This document shows positions 63,727 to 64,000 of a stretch of DNA of 64,000 nucleotides, in pieces. The position numbers and the translations under genes were made by a program. Location of the stretch: positions 35,402,001-35,466,000 of the forward strand of contig OZ024742.1 in the NCBI GenBank assembly GCA_964016885.1, written 5' to 3'. Below the pieces are notes generated by a model, which was not told the origin of the DNA, ran no database searches, and worked only from the letters and a program-made list of their open reading frames with translations. The DNA is from Eledone cirrhosa. Lineage: Eukaryota. Position 1 is the first letter of the stretch, and each line of letters opens with the position of its first letter.

Positions 63727-64000
63727 ATAATGACAGCAATAGAGTTAAAGGTGTGTAATTTTTGGAGCCCAAGATTTTAAGCTAGGCGTAGGTATATAAT
63801 ATACGTTAACATTACTAACGACCCTTACACATGCTGCACATTAAGAAATGATTTAATTAAGAAAGAAATCTGTTTCTTTTAATAATATAGATATCGTATT
63901 CATTACACATTTTTTTCATTTCCAAATATTAATGATATTTAAATAATGGTTTCTTATATAGGGACAAGGCCAACAATTTTGGGGGAGGGGAAAGTCGATT

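Overview
AT-rich, microsatellite-dense animal genomic DNA. The repeat content is cephalopod-like (octopus is an inference). One host gene can be reconstructed on the minus strand from 10 phase-consistent GT-AG exons between 56675 and 25101. It is an adhesion GPCR with HormR domain, GAIN domain, GPS site (HM|TNFALLM) and TM1; I could not find its 5' exons or TM2-7 exons in the window. The rest is transposable-element sequence: a near-complete RTE LINE with three C-terminal C2H2 fingers plus bipartite non-autonomous derivatives, four R4/Dong-type RLE retrotransposon copies in (TACA)n tracts, a CR1-like fragment, two Penelope-like elements (one Naiad-like, one with a 1.06 kb inverted tail), a non-autonomous Helitron, hAT and Tc1/mariner MITEs, and many tRNA-derived SINEs. 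The most striking pattern is a set of sequence-unrelated short inserts beside or within (TA)n tracts that carry minimal hammerhead ribozyme cores (CUGANGA...GAAA-short/palindromic stem III-UH). Many are arranged as tail-out foldback palindromes, the same geometry as the large Penelope insertion. This points to a diverse population of Penelope-mobilised ribozyme foldback elements inside a host gene's introns. All calls were made by eye; no database search or folding program was run.
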